DNA of 64,000 nucleotides from Camelus dromedarius (GCF_036321535.1 NC_087468.1:15810001-15874000), one strand, 5' to 3'. Counted from the first letter of the stretch, positions 37,943-50,670 are shown. The notes: generated by a model from the sequence alone, not told the origin. Numbers and translations: made by a program.

Positions 37943-38266
37943 CGGCGCTGTCCAGTTCAGCACCCGCCAGCCCCGTGTGGCTCCCGAGCGCTTGAAAAGT
38001 GGCCGGTCCGAATGGAGATGTGCAATGAGTGTAGCAGATACACTGTGTTCTGAAGACGCAGCATGAAAAAGAGAATGCAGCTATCTCATTAATGCTTTAA
38101 AGATACTGATTGCATGTTGAGTTGGCACTATTTTAGATCTACTGGGTTGAATGAAATGCCCTATTAACATTAGGTTCGCTTGATTCTTTTTACTTTTTTA
38201 ACGCAGTAACTCGAAAATTTAAAATGCCACGTGTGGCCAGCATTATATTTCAACCAGACAGTGCGC
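37943..38266 (+). mobile_element. MER33 (hAT-Charlie), full length
   Basis: gcgctgtccag...cttgaaaagtggccggtccgaatggagatgtgc...gcattatatttcaaccagacagtgcg, about 324 bp. Confidence 0.8.
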
Positions 38267-39184
38267 CATTCCAGGTTCTGGAACTGAGCGGAACCACAGA
38301 GTCGGGGGACAGTCAGGGAGGTGCAGGGAAGGGGCAGTGGGAGTTTTCCAGGTAAAGACGAGAATTGTCTGTGGCTTTCGTGACTTAGGAAAGCAGGCGA
38401 GTGGAAAGGACAGGAAAGTAACAGAACCATCACTTTCCTTTTACTAGCAATTCTGTCAGCAGAGAGGAAGAAGGGAAACATCATGAGGTGAGCAGTCAGA
38501 GAACCAGAGCATCTCCTCCTGCAGCTGTGTTCTTGTATGGGGCCCTGCATCCTGCTCTGTGTCCCGCTGCAGGGCTCTCTGAAGAATCACGCTGAACCCT
38601 CTGCTCTTTCTTGAAGCGGGGCCCTTGCTTCTGCCTGCGGGCTGCAGTGTGACAGAGTGAAATAAAACTCATTTCCAGCTCCAGGTGAAGGGCTAAGGCT
38701 AGTTCAAGGTTTGTGTGCGGTGTTCTGCTGTCTTCGCTAAATGGTGGCTTAAAATCAATTGTAATCAAATGGAAAGAGGCAAACGTTGCTGATTCCTGAG
38801 ACTTCAGGGAAGGACGAGAGGAGGCTGGGATTTCTCTCCATCATTTTCCCCCTTAGATAAAAGCTGGTCCTTGGGGTCCCAGGTGCAGGGTGTGGTGGAG
38901 AGCTCTGAGGTATGGCGCATTTACTGTACTTCTGACCTGTAACGGTGAGGGAGCCCGGGTGGGAGAGGAGGCCAGTCTCTCTGTGGTGCAGCAGCTCCCC
39001 TCCCTGCTGCCTGTGGCTCTATTCATCTCTCTCCTGTTTTGGAAAAACATAGCATTCAGCTAGGAGGTCCCAGAACTCCCAAAGACAAGAGCATAAGCCT
39101 GGAGCTAGAGACCGAGTTAACATTCCAACTGCTGTCCTCTATGTTAAAAAAGATTTTTTAAAAACTTCTTAAAATTAAAATAAA

Positions 39185-39255
39185 AGTACTGAGGATTGAA
39201 CCCAGGCGCTTCTACATGCTAAGCACCTGCTCTATGCCTGAGCAATCCCCACCCC
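39185..39255 (-). mobile_element. Vic-1-like SINE, diverged
   Basis: gtactgaggattgaacccagg...catgctaagcacctgctcta...tgagcaatcccc is the reverse complement of the SINE head. Confidence 0.75.
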
Positions 39256-40139
39256 CTGAGCTGTCACCCTCTAGATTTATCTGTCAGCTTTACAGAAAGA
39301 CCCTTTAGGGGAGAATAAGTCGAAATTTTACCTGTAGACCCGGCGCTGCCTCTGGACATAATGTGACATTTATCCAGTAGACATTCGTCAGGTTATTTCT
39401 CCATGCCTGGCACCGTCGGGTGAGAAGGAAGAAAGGAAAACACTCTCGTCTTGTGAGAGAGGTATTTTGGTCCCTGTTTCATGGATGAGAAACCTGAGGT
39501 TGAATGCCTTGCTCCAGATGGGCTGAGAGCTCAGGTCACCAACCAGGGGGTCATCGTTCCATCCTCTCCAAGGCCATCGTGCCTCCCCAGCCCTCTCCGT
39601 GTGTCTCCTCCATTTCCACTCCGGGGAGGCAGCCGAGATAGCCTCTAAGCCCCCTTTTCTCAGTACGTGTTTTGAGGGTTAAGGGCTGGAGTCAGATCTC
39701 GAGTAAGCAAGTTTAGCAAATCCTGCCAAATGTCCTTCTCACAGCTGCCTTTTTAGGTGAAGCAAAGGGAGACGGCTGAAAACAGGATTGTCTTTAGTCT
39801 TCTTTCTTCTGTGACTTGGTGTCTCTGGCTGCAAATACATTTAGGATAAGAAGTACAGTTTCCTGTGATTTATCATATAACACACCCTAATCCCTGCCCC
39901 CGGGCCAACCAGAGCCCCTGGAGGGCACACAGCTCTTCTGAGCTCCGGCTGCCAGATGTCTGACTCCAGCCCTGAGAAGTCGGATTTGAATTTCCAGGAG
40001 CCGAATTGTGACAACATCAGACATATACGTGGAATAAGTTTATACCTTCCAGGCTGATAAATATTTATCAGGCATGTGGGATGTTTTTGTTGAAACCATC
40101 TGGCAAGCCTCTGTCTCCTCCCTATCCATTCAGACATGC

Positions 40140-40240
40140 CAGGGCTTAAGGTCTGAAGACCTGTTCTGGGACTCAGTGTTTGTCATTGAAGCCACCCAGT
40201 CTATGCTGTGTTGTTCCAGCAGCCCGAGCTGACCGAGGGA
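40140..40240 (+). mobile_element. MLT1 (MaLR) LTR 3' end
   Basis: gaagccacccagtctatgctgtgttgttccagcagcccgagctgacc. Confidence 0.6.
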
Positions 40241-40466
40241 AGACTCCAAGGCTCTGTCACAGGGAAGATTCCGCCAGACATTGCATCTAAGAGAAGAGGC
40301 AGCTGAGAAGGACTTTAGAAATCTTCCAGCCCATTTGACAGATATGGGAACTGAGGCCAGGAGAGGGGAAGGGTCAGAGTGGCATCCACGGGGTGGGGGA
40401 GACCAAGGAGATGGCTGGTCCAGTCCTCTTTCAGGGACAGAGAGGCAAGGGGCTGCCTGCCAAGAG

Positions 40467-40947
40467 TGTAACTGAACAGGGCTCTGGGGGGGGGGGGCTT
40501 CCAGGGTCAGACCCCTCCCCGTGTCCTCTGCGGCAGCTCCTCTCTGAAGCACCCATATAATAGTATCTCATGCATATTTCCTGAGGTTTTCAGATGCTTA
40601 AAGCCACCACCAAAGGGAAGAAATTAGCTACGTGATGATCTAGGGCACAAAGCCCCCAGACCTTCTGGCGCCTGGGGGTGCATGGTGTTGACCTCCCTGT
40701 TACCTCCAACATCAACCAAACAGGATTGTGCACAAGCTGATCATGTACCCTGTTATGCCCCCTCCCTCACCTGGCCTTTAAATACGTTTTGCTGAACCCC
40801 ATCGGGGAGTTTGGGGTTTTCTTAGGGATAAGCCATCCCGTCCTCCTTGCTCAGCCCTGCAGTAAACCTTTCTCTACTCCAAACTTCAATGTTTCAGTTT
40901 GTTTGGCCTCGTGGTGCAGTGGGCACCCCGACTTGCCTTTGATCACA
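40467..40947 (+). mobile_element. ERV1-type solo LTR (481 bp)
   Basis: TG...CA ends, 4-bp TSD AGAG (40463-40466 / 40948-40951), TATA-like tttaaata at 40777, poly(A)-signal variant AGTAAA at 40861. Confidence 0.85.
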
Positions 40948-41861
40948 AGAGATCAGGTAGGAAGCAGAGAACGCGGAAATCCCACGGCCCCTTCATCAGA
41001 CAGACCTCAGTGCTCTCTCCGAGCTCTCGGACGCTGGGATGGGCGGAGGCACTCGCCCAGCCCTGGGTGTCGGCTTGCTATTCAGCTCATGCTCCCCCGT
41101 GGAGAGATTTTTTTTACCTCAGAGGAGGCTCTGAATTTCTCTGCACCTCCCTCTCCCCGTCAGTGAAGGAGGGCCTGTTGGACTTGCTGGATTAATCAGG
41201 GAAGGTGTGGAGAGATGTCAGGAGACCCTCTGGAGAATCCAAATCAATACCATGCGTGAAAACAAAGCCTCCTATGAAGCCCCTGAGTTCACGAAAGAAA
41301 GTTTCTCCGTGGCTAAGACAAATTAGAGCAACACAAAAACGGTTACAACTAGTTCAGGAGTTTTTTTTTCCCCCCTCAGAAAGTTTTGGCGTTGAGAAGG
41401 GACTTTCCCATCGTGCATCCGGGCACATCTGGATCTGTCTAAGGGGGAAAATAATATGGAGTGAGTTTGTCTTCCGTTGGTGGATGGCTAATCCACAAAG
41501 CGTCCTCCCAGCCTCTGCCCAGGCACCCAGGACTCTGACTGCCCACTGCTGCCGAATGGAGCGCCTTCCTCCTGACCATGACTCTCCTTCTGGAACTTTC
41601 CTCTTTCACCCGAACTTATACGTGCCACCCTTCCTCACCCCCATTTCCTCAAGGCCTTGGTCATAAGTGCTCGAAGCTGGTTCAGTAACTAGACCTGTTC
41701 AAGTTTGTCGGGTTGGGTACCAATGCTTTGCTTACAAGGGGGGCCAGTGCTGTTGTGTGGAGCAGGTCATCTCCTGTCCCAGGACCTCTGTTTTCTCATC
41801 AGTGAGTATGTACTGCTTGCCCTGCCCACCAGAGGACTTTTGCAAGATTCAAAAGCCGTGG

Positions 41862-41891
41862 GAATGAATGAATGAATGAATGAATGAATGA
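41862..41891 (+). repeat. (GAAT)n tetranucleotide repeat
   Basis: Seven GAAT units at the end of a MIR/L2-like fragment. Confidence 0.9.
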
Positions 41892-42509
41892 GTAAAAAGG
41901 TCTTTGTCAAACTAGCATGCTTTGAAAAATGAAAGGTAGCATTGTTAAATGCCTTAGTTTAAAGGAGCGAGCTTTTCTGGGCTCAGGTCCTGAGGGGAAG
42001 GTCATTGCGGGTAAATCCCTCCAGACCGCAGGCTGGCCCACGTGGGCCCTGCGTTCCTGATGCTGCTCAGTCCTGCCCAGCTCCCTGGTCCCATCTCTCC
42101 CTTGCGTTTCTTTCTCCTGCTCCAGGGGCTGGGGGCGGTGCCCGTGGCAGCCCAACCCCTCATGCACTCTGACACGGGGGGGGAGCAACGATGAGCTGAA
42201 GCCAGGCTTAAGCCCCTTAAGTCTCAAGGATCCCCGTCCAAGCTGCAGCCACTGGAGAAGGATCAAAGCTTTGCCTGTGACTCCTGTTAGGAGCTTGCGT
42301 GAGCACTGGACCTGACGGTCTCGAGCCGGATGCTGGGTGAGACTTGCCGAAACTGCCCAGCATTGGTACCTAGAGGCCCCAAAATGAGGATGAAGAGGTA
42401 CCAAATAACCCACACCCCCCTGCCCCCGCGTCTATACGTATAGGAAGAACCAGAGAATGAGTATTCACAGTCTAGACTGGGATAGTAGTAAGTAATATCA
42501 ACCGCTTTT

Positions 42510-42910
42510 TCTTCTTTTTTAATTAATTAATTAAAGTGTAGTTGATTTACAATGTTCATTTCAGTTGTTTAGAATCAGCAAAGCATTTCAGTTGTTTAGA
42601 ATCAGCAAAGCATTTTTCCTGCATCAATCAGCAAAGCAATTCAGTTATACACATACATACATATATATACATGTGCTTTCAGATTCTTTTTCATTATAGC
42701 TTATTAAAAGAAATTAGATATAGTTTCCAGTAGGTCCTTGTTGTTTATCTATTTTACATACAGTGGTGTGTATCTGTTAATCCCAAACTCCTAATATATC
42801 CCTTCCCACCCTTTCCGCTGTGGTAACCATTGTTTGTTTTCTGTGTCTGTGAATCTATTTCTAGTTTGTAAGTAAAATTTGTACCTTTTTAAAAGAATTC
42901 TACATCTAAG
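42510..42910 (-). mobile_element. Artiodactyl-type L1 3' end with internal 27-bp tandem duplication
   Basis: aagtgtagttgatttacaatgtt...cagattctttttcattatag...gtgtatctgttaatcccaaactcctaa. Confidence 0.8.
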
Positions 42911-43532
42911 TGATCATACGGTCCAAGTAACCCACATTCTAAAGAGAGAAGCCAAAAACTCACCCCTCTCCCAGCCTAGCCTTCCTGAGAGGTGGCCGCT
43001 GTATGGACGACGTTCCTCCCTCCCCAGTGTGGTGGGAGGTCATTGCTCTGGGGGAGGAGAACACAGGGGGGAAGAGTTGTCAGTGCTGGGAGCCTCAGGG
43101 TGGAAGGCCCCCAAGGAGAGGCGCTTCTCTGCCCTCCTTGTTGGGGAGAGGAGACAGTGTGCCTCCTTTGCCTCCAGCCAAGAAGACAGTGGTGGGCTTT
43201 TCTGCATCACCCGTGAAGATTTGGGATGCCTGCAGGAAGGAACAGATGGTGTTTCATTTCTTAGAAGGATGCTCCTTGCTGATGTGTCCCTGTCATGTGT
43301 GCGGGGTGTATGAGGGTAGTCACGAAAACAGTCTGCATTCATGTCTGGGGGGCAAAGATGTGAGTTTGCTGTGGGTAATGGAAACCCACAGAAGGTATCG
43401 CTTACATCACCAACCAGGGCCGCCAGACGAACCCAGCAGAAAATATTGCTGGATCCACTCTGGTGCTGAGTCCCCAGGGACTGGGCAGTGTGGAGCCGGA
43501 GCTCCGTCTCCCACAGGGAACTGTGCTTAGGG

Positions 43533-44042
43533 TGAGACAGGAGGGCAGGGGGCAGGGCACAGCCATTCAAAGAATGACTGAGCAATTAGCACCAAGATGG
43601 CAGAAGATTCAACTCCCAGTAGACCTTGTGCTTCATTACACGCTCACTGTAACACAGTAGCACGCTAGAGGGCTCTCCCACTGGTGCCATGACGGCTCTG
43701 AGGCTGACCATAAAAGGTCAGAAAGTGGGTGGTGGCCCAACTCCTGGGCATCCCAGCCCCTTCCCCCACGTGGTTGGGATAATCTCCCCACTTGCTAGCA
43801 TATGAAGTTACCGAGCCCATAAAAACTACCTCCTGGCCACTCTCTCCGGCCTTCAGAGGTGGCCTGAGCTCTGTCTAAGGAGTGAACACCTCTCTGAGTA
43901 AATCTACCTTTACTCAACTACGGCTCACTCTCGAGTTCTTTCCTGCCCGAAGCCAGGGACCCTCAGTTGGCAGGGTGCATCCCAGGGGCTCCCCTAGACC
44001 TGGGACATGGCCATCCTCTCATGCCTCATTTTTCCTGCATCA
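43533..44042 (+). mobile_element. ERV1 solo LTR, MER41-like (510 bp)
   Basis: TGAGACAGGA...CCTGCATCA, 4-bp TSD AGGG (43529-43532 / 44043-44046). caccaagatggc and gccatgac motifs recall MER41-group LTRs. Confidence 0.8.
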
Positions 44043-45096
44043 AGGGGATCCTGACAGCCCGCTCTGAGGAGCCCCTGTGTGGGGTCCCTATGGGAGAGCC
44101 AGCACTTGGCTTCCTGCCACACAGGACCAGTTTGTGCTTTCCAGAACAGCAGCTATGACCAACAGCGAGAAGGCTCTGAGGATGGCAGTCGAACAGACGG
44201 ACAGTAGACCCTGATTTCACCCTCCTCCCACATCCTGCAGAGCAGAGGGGAAAGAGGAACCAGGAGCGAGACTAGGTCCTCCTCTGTTTCCTCTGCTCAG
44301 AAGTCAGAACCTCCGTACTTAGTGGAAAGATGGAATATGAGAAAATGAGAAAGGTTTAAAACAGGACCAAGCAAGTTCTAATAATCAGATGTGTTCCCAG
44401 TGTCATGACTCTGTTCAAACTGTCCTTAAGAGCTCTGCTTTCCCATGGGGAGGGATAAAGTATTCGAAAAAATAAAGTAATTTACATTTGCCCCCCACAC
44501 CCCCACCCCGTGGAGATGTGACACTTCAGGGAATCACTTGCAGTGGGAACAAAACACAAGATGGCAAGAGCATCTTAGGGATTCATTCCGTTGCCCTGGG
44601 TCCTGCTCCTTTTCCTGCTGAAGCACTGGGTTTGTCCCAGAGACCTAGTATAATGAGCGGTCCATCAGAAATGGGTCCCTGAAATAGCCATGTCCCTGAC
44701 ACGTCTTTGGCAGCAGCAGCAAGAGGAAGCCAGAGATAAACCCAGAGGTCCCAGGAGTCCTCAGAAATGACCTCAGGCAGATGTCCTGAGGTCCTGCTCT
44801 GAAGGCTGCTGGCCAGGCCAGTTGTGAGGTCAGCAGACGCTTCAAGACTCCGGCTGGGGATCAGCTGCCAGGCAGCTCTCCTGGTCTCCTGGTCTCCTGG
44901 TCCTGATCTAAGCATCTGTGTCATTCTGTAATCCTCGGGATTTGGATTGCCCTTCAGATTAATCTGGCTGGGACCCCTCCCCACAGGCCTCCTACCCACT
45001 GGCAGCCTCGGGCTCCTCTGCTTACGCTCTGTTTTGGGGTTGCAGCCCCAGGAGCCCCACCTCGACAAATTAAAGCGCACGGTGTTAGGTGAGTGC

Positions 45097-45115
45097 AGGC
45101 CACAAGGTGGCAGCA
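45097..45115 (+). promoter_or_regulatory. Candidate CTCF site
   Basis: AGGCCACAAGGTGGCAGCA has one mismatch (A at the Y position) to the CTCF core. Confidence 0.35.
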
Positions 45116-45319
45116 GAGAACTAGCCTGGTGGGAGGTGTCTGCTAAAGGCGTCGGAGGCCCTGTGGGGGCAGGGAGATGGCTTCCTTACCTCGGGGGCAG
45201 GTTGGAAAGGGAAGAGAGTGAGTCAGCATTTTAGAGGGCTGGGGATCAGCGCTAACACATGCAGAAAAGAAGCCGGGAGGGTGTTGAGGTGCAACTTGAA
45301 TAGAAAGACTATGTAATCA

Positions 45320-45540
45320 CATACAGAATGTTTACTGTGAGCTGGGCGTTGTGCGCACCACTGAACGTACATCATGTGATCTGTTTCTTGGAACAACCTT
45401 ATTATCCTTATTCTATGTGTGTGAGGAAACAGAAGCTCAGTTTAATTAGATTACTCACCCAGGTTCACACAGTTACAGGTGAAGGAGCCAGGAATAAAAA
45501 CCAGGTCTGTCTGACTTGCAAGTCTGAGCTCTGAACCCGT
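45320..45540 (-). mobile_element. MIR
   Basis: gtgaggaaacagaagctcag...ttactcacccaggttcacacagtt...ccaggtctgtctgacttgcaagtctgagctct. Confidence 0.7.
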
Positions 45541-45567
45541 GTTCAACAGTGCAAGTGTCAGGGTGAC

Positions 45568-45740
45568 CAGCGGTTCTCAAAGTGTGGTCCTGGGACCCCT
45601 GGTGTTGGCATCACCTGGTGACTTGTTAGAAATGCAAATCTCAGGGCCCCACCCCAGGTCCAACGAATCAGAAACTCTGGGATGGGGCTCAGCAGTCTAG
45701 TTGTTTAAAGCTCTCAGAGGGATTCTGATTTAGTCCAGGC
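45568..45740 (+). mobile_element. MER5A
   Basis: cagcggttctcaaagtgtggtcc...gcatcacctggtgacttgttagaaatgcaaatctcagggcccc. Confidence 0.85.
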
Positions 45741-48039
45741 TGCATAAACGCTGAGCAGCAGCTTTGCCTCTGGGCATCACCGCTTACCGTGCAGTCACTG
45801 CTCTGACCTGAGCTGGAATGGCCTCACTCCTGACTTTAAGCCAGCTGGCCCCAAAGGCAAAGAAATTATTTTAGGGTTTGCCCCAGTTCTGCTCCTGACC
45901 CACCAACGTCTCTTTGTCCCCTCCAGCTGTGGGGGGAAAAATGTCTTTGCGGAACTTGGAACTTTTCTCTTCATTAAGATGGCAAACAGGCTACCTCTAT
46001 CAAAGGCAGCTGGGTGAGACCAGACTGGAATTTAGAATCTCCTTAGAAATAAAGTCTCAGCTTTAAGCATTAATGAAAGACAGGAGATCTTAACGGTGCC
46101 ATTCATTTCTGGTCTTGCCAATTCAGTATCCGGAGAGCATCTTCCATCTTCACCCCACCACTAATTACGGAACTCTGCCCTGATGGATGGGCTGTAGTCC
46201 AGGTTCTTAGCAGAATTGTTATTCATCTAAAAATATTATGTAATATGTAGGACCAGAGGAGAGAAGACTCCAAGCTGTTCATATTTGTGTTTCTAGCTAA
46301 AAATTTCTGGGTGATTTTAACTTGTTTCCTTGTGCCTTTAAATTTTTTTTAACTTTGAAGTATACGTAACTTTTTCAGTATGAGAAGAAAATAATAAATG
46401 CTGTTTTATAACCAAGCCTTTTAATCCGGGAGATGAACCCAGTGCAGTGAAAGTTATGAATCTGAATTTCCTGATGGGGACGGTTTGACTACGGCCGAGC
46501 TGTTTGAAGTTTCCCTATAGCTGTTTAAAGAAAAAAAAAATCTCATTCATTTTGACTTTATTCATTTGAGATTTGTGATCATATCCATAGGAGATAGGAG
46601 CCCTTTTTGCTGAGGCTACAGAAGGATGTTAAGGGCAAGACAATGTTTAGGAGAACTGATCGTTTCCATGGAGTCTGAGCTCCCTTCAACATTCTCGTTT
46701 ACATGCCAGCAGCTGCTACGCTGATTACATGTTTTTCTTATATATCCACTAGTTCGGTGATGGATGCAGTCACACCTCTCTCTCTCTAGCCTTGAAATAG
46801 GGTTGTAAGACAGATCACTATACCAATTAAGCTCTAATTGTTGGTGAATGTTTATCCAGACAAATATGCGAATCCCCTCTCCAGGCTGAATTCCAGCCAT
46901 CCGATGGGTTGGATGTCTGTTGCTGCAGGACCCAAGCAACCAGATCTATTGAAAATGGGCTTCCGGACACTTCAGAGCTGTTTAAAAGCCAGGCAGCCTT
47001 GGGGAGGTGAAGATATCTTAAGGGCAGACTCCTCATTATCGAAGGACCCTCCCTCTAATGTTGAGAAACCAATGCCTGGCCTGCCTCACAGGCAGGCTGG
47101 TTCCCAGATTCCGTCAGATCTTAGGTGAGCCTTTGAGGACAGAGGCCACCGCAGCAGCAGCCGCGCATGCTGGCTGATCCCCATGAACCGAGCCACTGAT
47201 CCCCCCACCGCAGTCCCCGCTAGGAGGGGACGTGGCTCCTTGGGGTCCGGGAGGAGTGAGCAGAATCCTGAGCCCCCTCTACAGGACTCCAGGCAGGTAG
47301 GACCAGGACTGAAAGATGTGCATGACCGAACACGATCTCATTTAACGTCCGTCTCTTGTTTATCTCCCCTGTTAGAATATCAGCTTCCTGAAAGTCAGAC
47401 CTTATCTCTCAACTTCAAAATGTATCTTCAGCATTTAGAACATAGCAGATGCTCAACGCGTATGCACTTAATGGATATGTGAAGGTTAGTCTAAACTCTA
47501 GGTTCATTCATTGACACTGTTAAGTTACGGCACTCTTCTAACTATTCAAACAATATTTTTCTTTTCAGCAATAGCATATAAGAATTCTAGTCACCGAGGT
47601 ACCAGTAGGGAGCACCCAAAATGATGCTAAGAATAAGTTTCCTTGATGCAACAAAAACCTTATAGTCTTAGAACCTTAAGACAGTTGGCCAGACCTGTGT
47701 GTTTTATTAGCAACAGGGCTCTTTCGTCCACGGCAGAGGCTCAATATATGAACAAGACAAAAGTCGGGATGCTCAGGTTCAAGCTGGAGGAAGGGGGCCT
47801 GGGAGCCGAGGCCCCTCCTGTTCTTCCTCCGAGGAATCTCAGAGCAGCTCCCAGCAACACCTGCGCCTTGACTGCACATCAGAGTCACCTGGGAAGCTCA
47901 ATAAACCCCAGCCATCCAATCACAGCCCGGAGCCGCCAGGGCCTGGGGTAGCAGGGCAAGGCGCGCTCTGGTTCTGGCGGTTCGCTCCCTCCCGAGAGCA
48001 CACATACGATTTCATTTGGTTTGCGCTTGATTTCACTAT

Positions 48040-48255
48040 AGTGTTGAGAGTGCAGGACTTGGAGTCAGAAAGAGCAAAGCCCAAATCCCCGCTCGACGCT
48101 CTCTAGCTTGCTGCCTTTGGGCAAATCACTTCAGCTCTCTATGGATAAAATCCACGAGAGGATAAAGTCTTTCAGAGCACGGACGGCATCTGTCTTATGA
48201 CTGTATCCAGCCCTGGCGCATGGCGGGTAGTCAATAAACGTTAGTTTAATTAATG
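48040..48255 (+). mobile_element. MIR followed by L2 3' end
   Basis: ggacttggagtcaga...ctttgggcaaatcacttcagctctct, then gactgtatccagccctggc...agtcaataaacgttag. Confidence 0.6.
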
Positions 48256-50449
48256 ACTATTTCATTGATTATTCATTGCCACAAGGAAGGACTGAGTCTC
48301 GGTTTTTAAGACCCCCCCAACACTGTGCACGTAGTAAGTGATCAGAAAATGTGACGTGCTGTTATCATCCAGCCCTCCCCGCCTAAGGTTCTTAAATGCT
48401 GGTTTCACTCTCATTGTGCCCTTTCCCTTCAACTTGGGGTTCGTGGGCTCCCTGGACTCTAGATCTGGATGGGGAGTGAGAGGGGGCGTGGAATCCGGAC
48501 ATACTGGTCCAGGACTCCTCACAAAGAGGGGAGAACAGAGATAGAGAAGGAGCCGGGAAAGCTCATCTCTGGACCACAGAAATGGGAGCCCGCTCATTTA
48601 TTCATTTGCTTTTTCTTTGGTAGCAATGTTACCGCCTCTCTCTGGCTTTGCCTGGTTCCCCCGGGCAGAATAACCCCTCCCTCACCCCTGTTGCGTGGCA
48701 TTCTATGCATCCCTCTGCTAAAGCTCTCACTACGTTTTGCTGCTGGTCCTCCTGTCTGCCCCCCCCCCCCATAGTCCAGGGGTTTGTTGGGAGGAGAGAT
48801 TCTGATTCGTTCATCTTCATACTTTCAGTCCCTGACGTAGCACCTACCACCTCGTAGGTGCTGAATTTGTCCTTCAAGTTAAATCAAATCATGGAAAACA
48901 GTCTACTGGAGTGCTCATTATAGAAGCTGGAGAACTCACAGATTATCTGGCGGTGAAGACTTGGTCACTTGTCTCCCCATCATTCACGCTGTATGTTGGA
49001 TTAGTCTGTGTGTGTTGGGTTTGATGACAAAAGTAAAAGGCGTCCAGAAATGACCACTTATATGGTGAATGCAACCGCACTGCTTGTAGTTTAAGAGGAA
49101 ATGAAAGAATGTTGTCTACAGAAAAGGCTTCTATTTAAATAGAAAGGTGATAACCACGCACGTCTCCAGCACTGGGTGTTAATGGGGACATTCGTCCTCA
49201 CTCCCATCCTTCCTTCCTAGAAAGGGAGCTTGGCAGCTGTAACTCTGGGTCTCTCTCCATTCCTATCGTCACTTCCTATCTGCCTGGGAGGCAGAGCGCT
49301 TATCTGTAAACCAGAGAAGAACAGCCCTGCGTGAGCACCACAGCCCTTTCCCACCTGCTTGTGTTTCCTGAATGTAAGTCTTCCCCTAAAGGGCGTTCTC
49401 CACTGCTCACCCCTTCTGTCAGTTGTGCAGGGACTTCTGCTTAGGGACAGTGTCGGCTGGGACAGCCCGGGGAAGTCCATCATTACCCGGGGTGTAGGTA
49501 GTGCCCTGTTGGCTCTCACGTTCAGCCGTGTCTCCCCACTTGACCTCAATCAGCATTAAATTGGTATCTTGGCCACCACCTTCTGGGAGAGCAGCCTGTG
49601 CTGAAAGTGTAGCCGAAAGCTGGCTCAGGAATAAGTGACCAGGGAGGCAGATGAGGTGGGAGAATTAAAAAAAAAAAAAAGAAAAGAAAAGCGTGGAGCA
49701 TTCAGTAGGGCGAGACCGATTCTTCTTGGTACTTGGAGCAGACGCTGCCTCGGCAGGCGGCTGCGTGAAGGAGAGTCCTCACTCTGAAGCCAGAAAGACC
49801 TCGCTCTGAACACCAGCACGTCCTGCATTTCCGCCCGCACATCACTTACCTTCCTCTCGCCCCGATTGGGAGGATTAAATGAGTAACACGTAGAAAGCAT
49901 TTATAACTCAGAACTCTTTCAACAATATTAGTTCCTTTCCTTTTCTGACTTGAAGCCACTTTTGGTATCTTGAAGGTGCCACCCAGGGACAGGAAAGAAA
50001 AAACCAAAAAACACCGACCGATCATGCAGGAGTGATCCTCCAAAATTCAAATGGGCATCCTCGGTTGATCAAAGTTGAGAAATCGTTCTCTTTTCCACCG
50101 CTTTCAGGGCTATTTAACTTCGCAGGGAGCGTGAGAAATGCCGGGGGAGAACTGACTTCCACATCTCTCTGATCATGAAGTCTGCCAAGCTAGGCTGCCT
50201 GTCCTCTTGGTAGGAGGCTGAGGCACCTGCGGGTGGCGAGGGAAACATGTAAATATGGACACACGCAGGAAAAAGAACTCAGGGAGAGTCGCTCAAATCA
50301 CGCAGTGGGGAGAACTCTCCCGGCAGATTATTTATCACAACCTTTCAGAGCCCCGCGGGGGCTTGTTCATTGGCTGTTGGCTGATCATGGGGTCTGGGTG
50401 AGTTGGAAGAGGAACTTTAAGGGCAGAACAAAGATATGCCCGAGTTCTG

Positions 50450-50670
50450 TAAAGCATTGAGTGTATGCCAGGCCATCTTCATTTTTGCACGTGTACATTG
50501 ATTAGCTCATTTAAATCTCCTAAAAACTCAGTAAGGTAAGTACTGTTACAGCTGGCTTAACAGAGGCACAGAGAAGTTAAGCATCTCCTCAAAGTCACAC
50601 AGCTAGCGAGTAACTGAGCCAAACACAGACTCAAACACAGGGCAGCCTGCCTCCCAGTCAGTGCTCAAAC
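50450..50670 (-). mobile_element. MIR
   Basis: attagctcatttaaatctcc...gaggcacagagaagttaagc...caaagtcacacagctag. Confidence 0.7.

Noticed and set aside
42879-43660. Overlapping 144-181 aa ORFs on both strands
   Set aside because: Stop-poor GC-rich sequence with no homology I recognise, partly overlapping an LTR.
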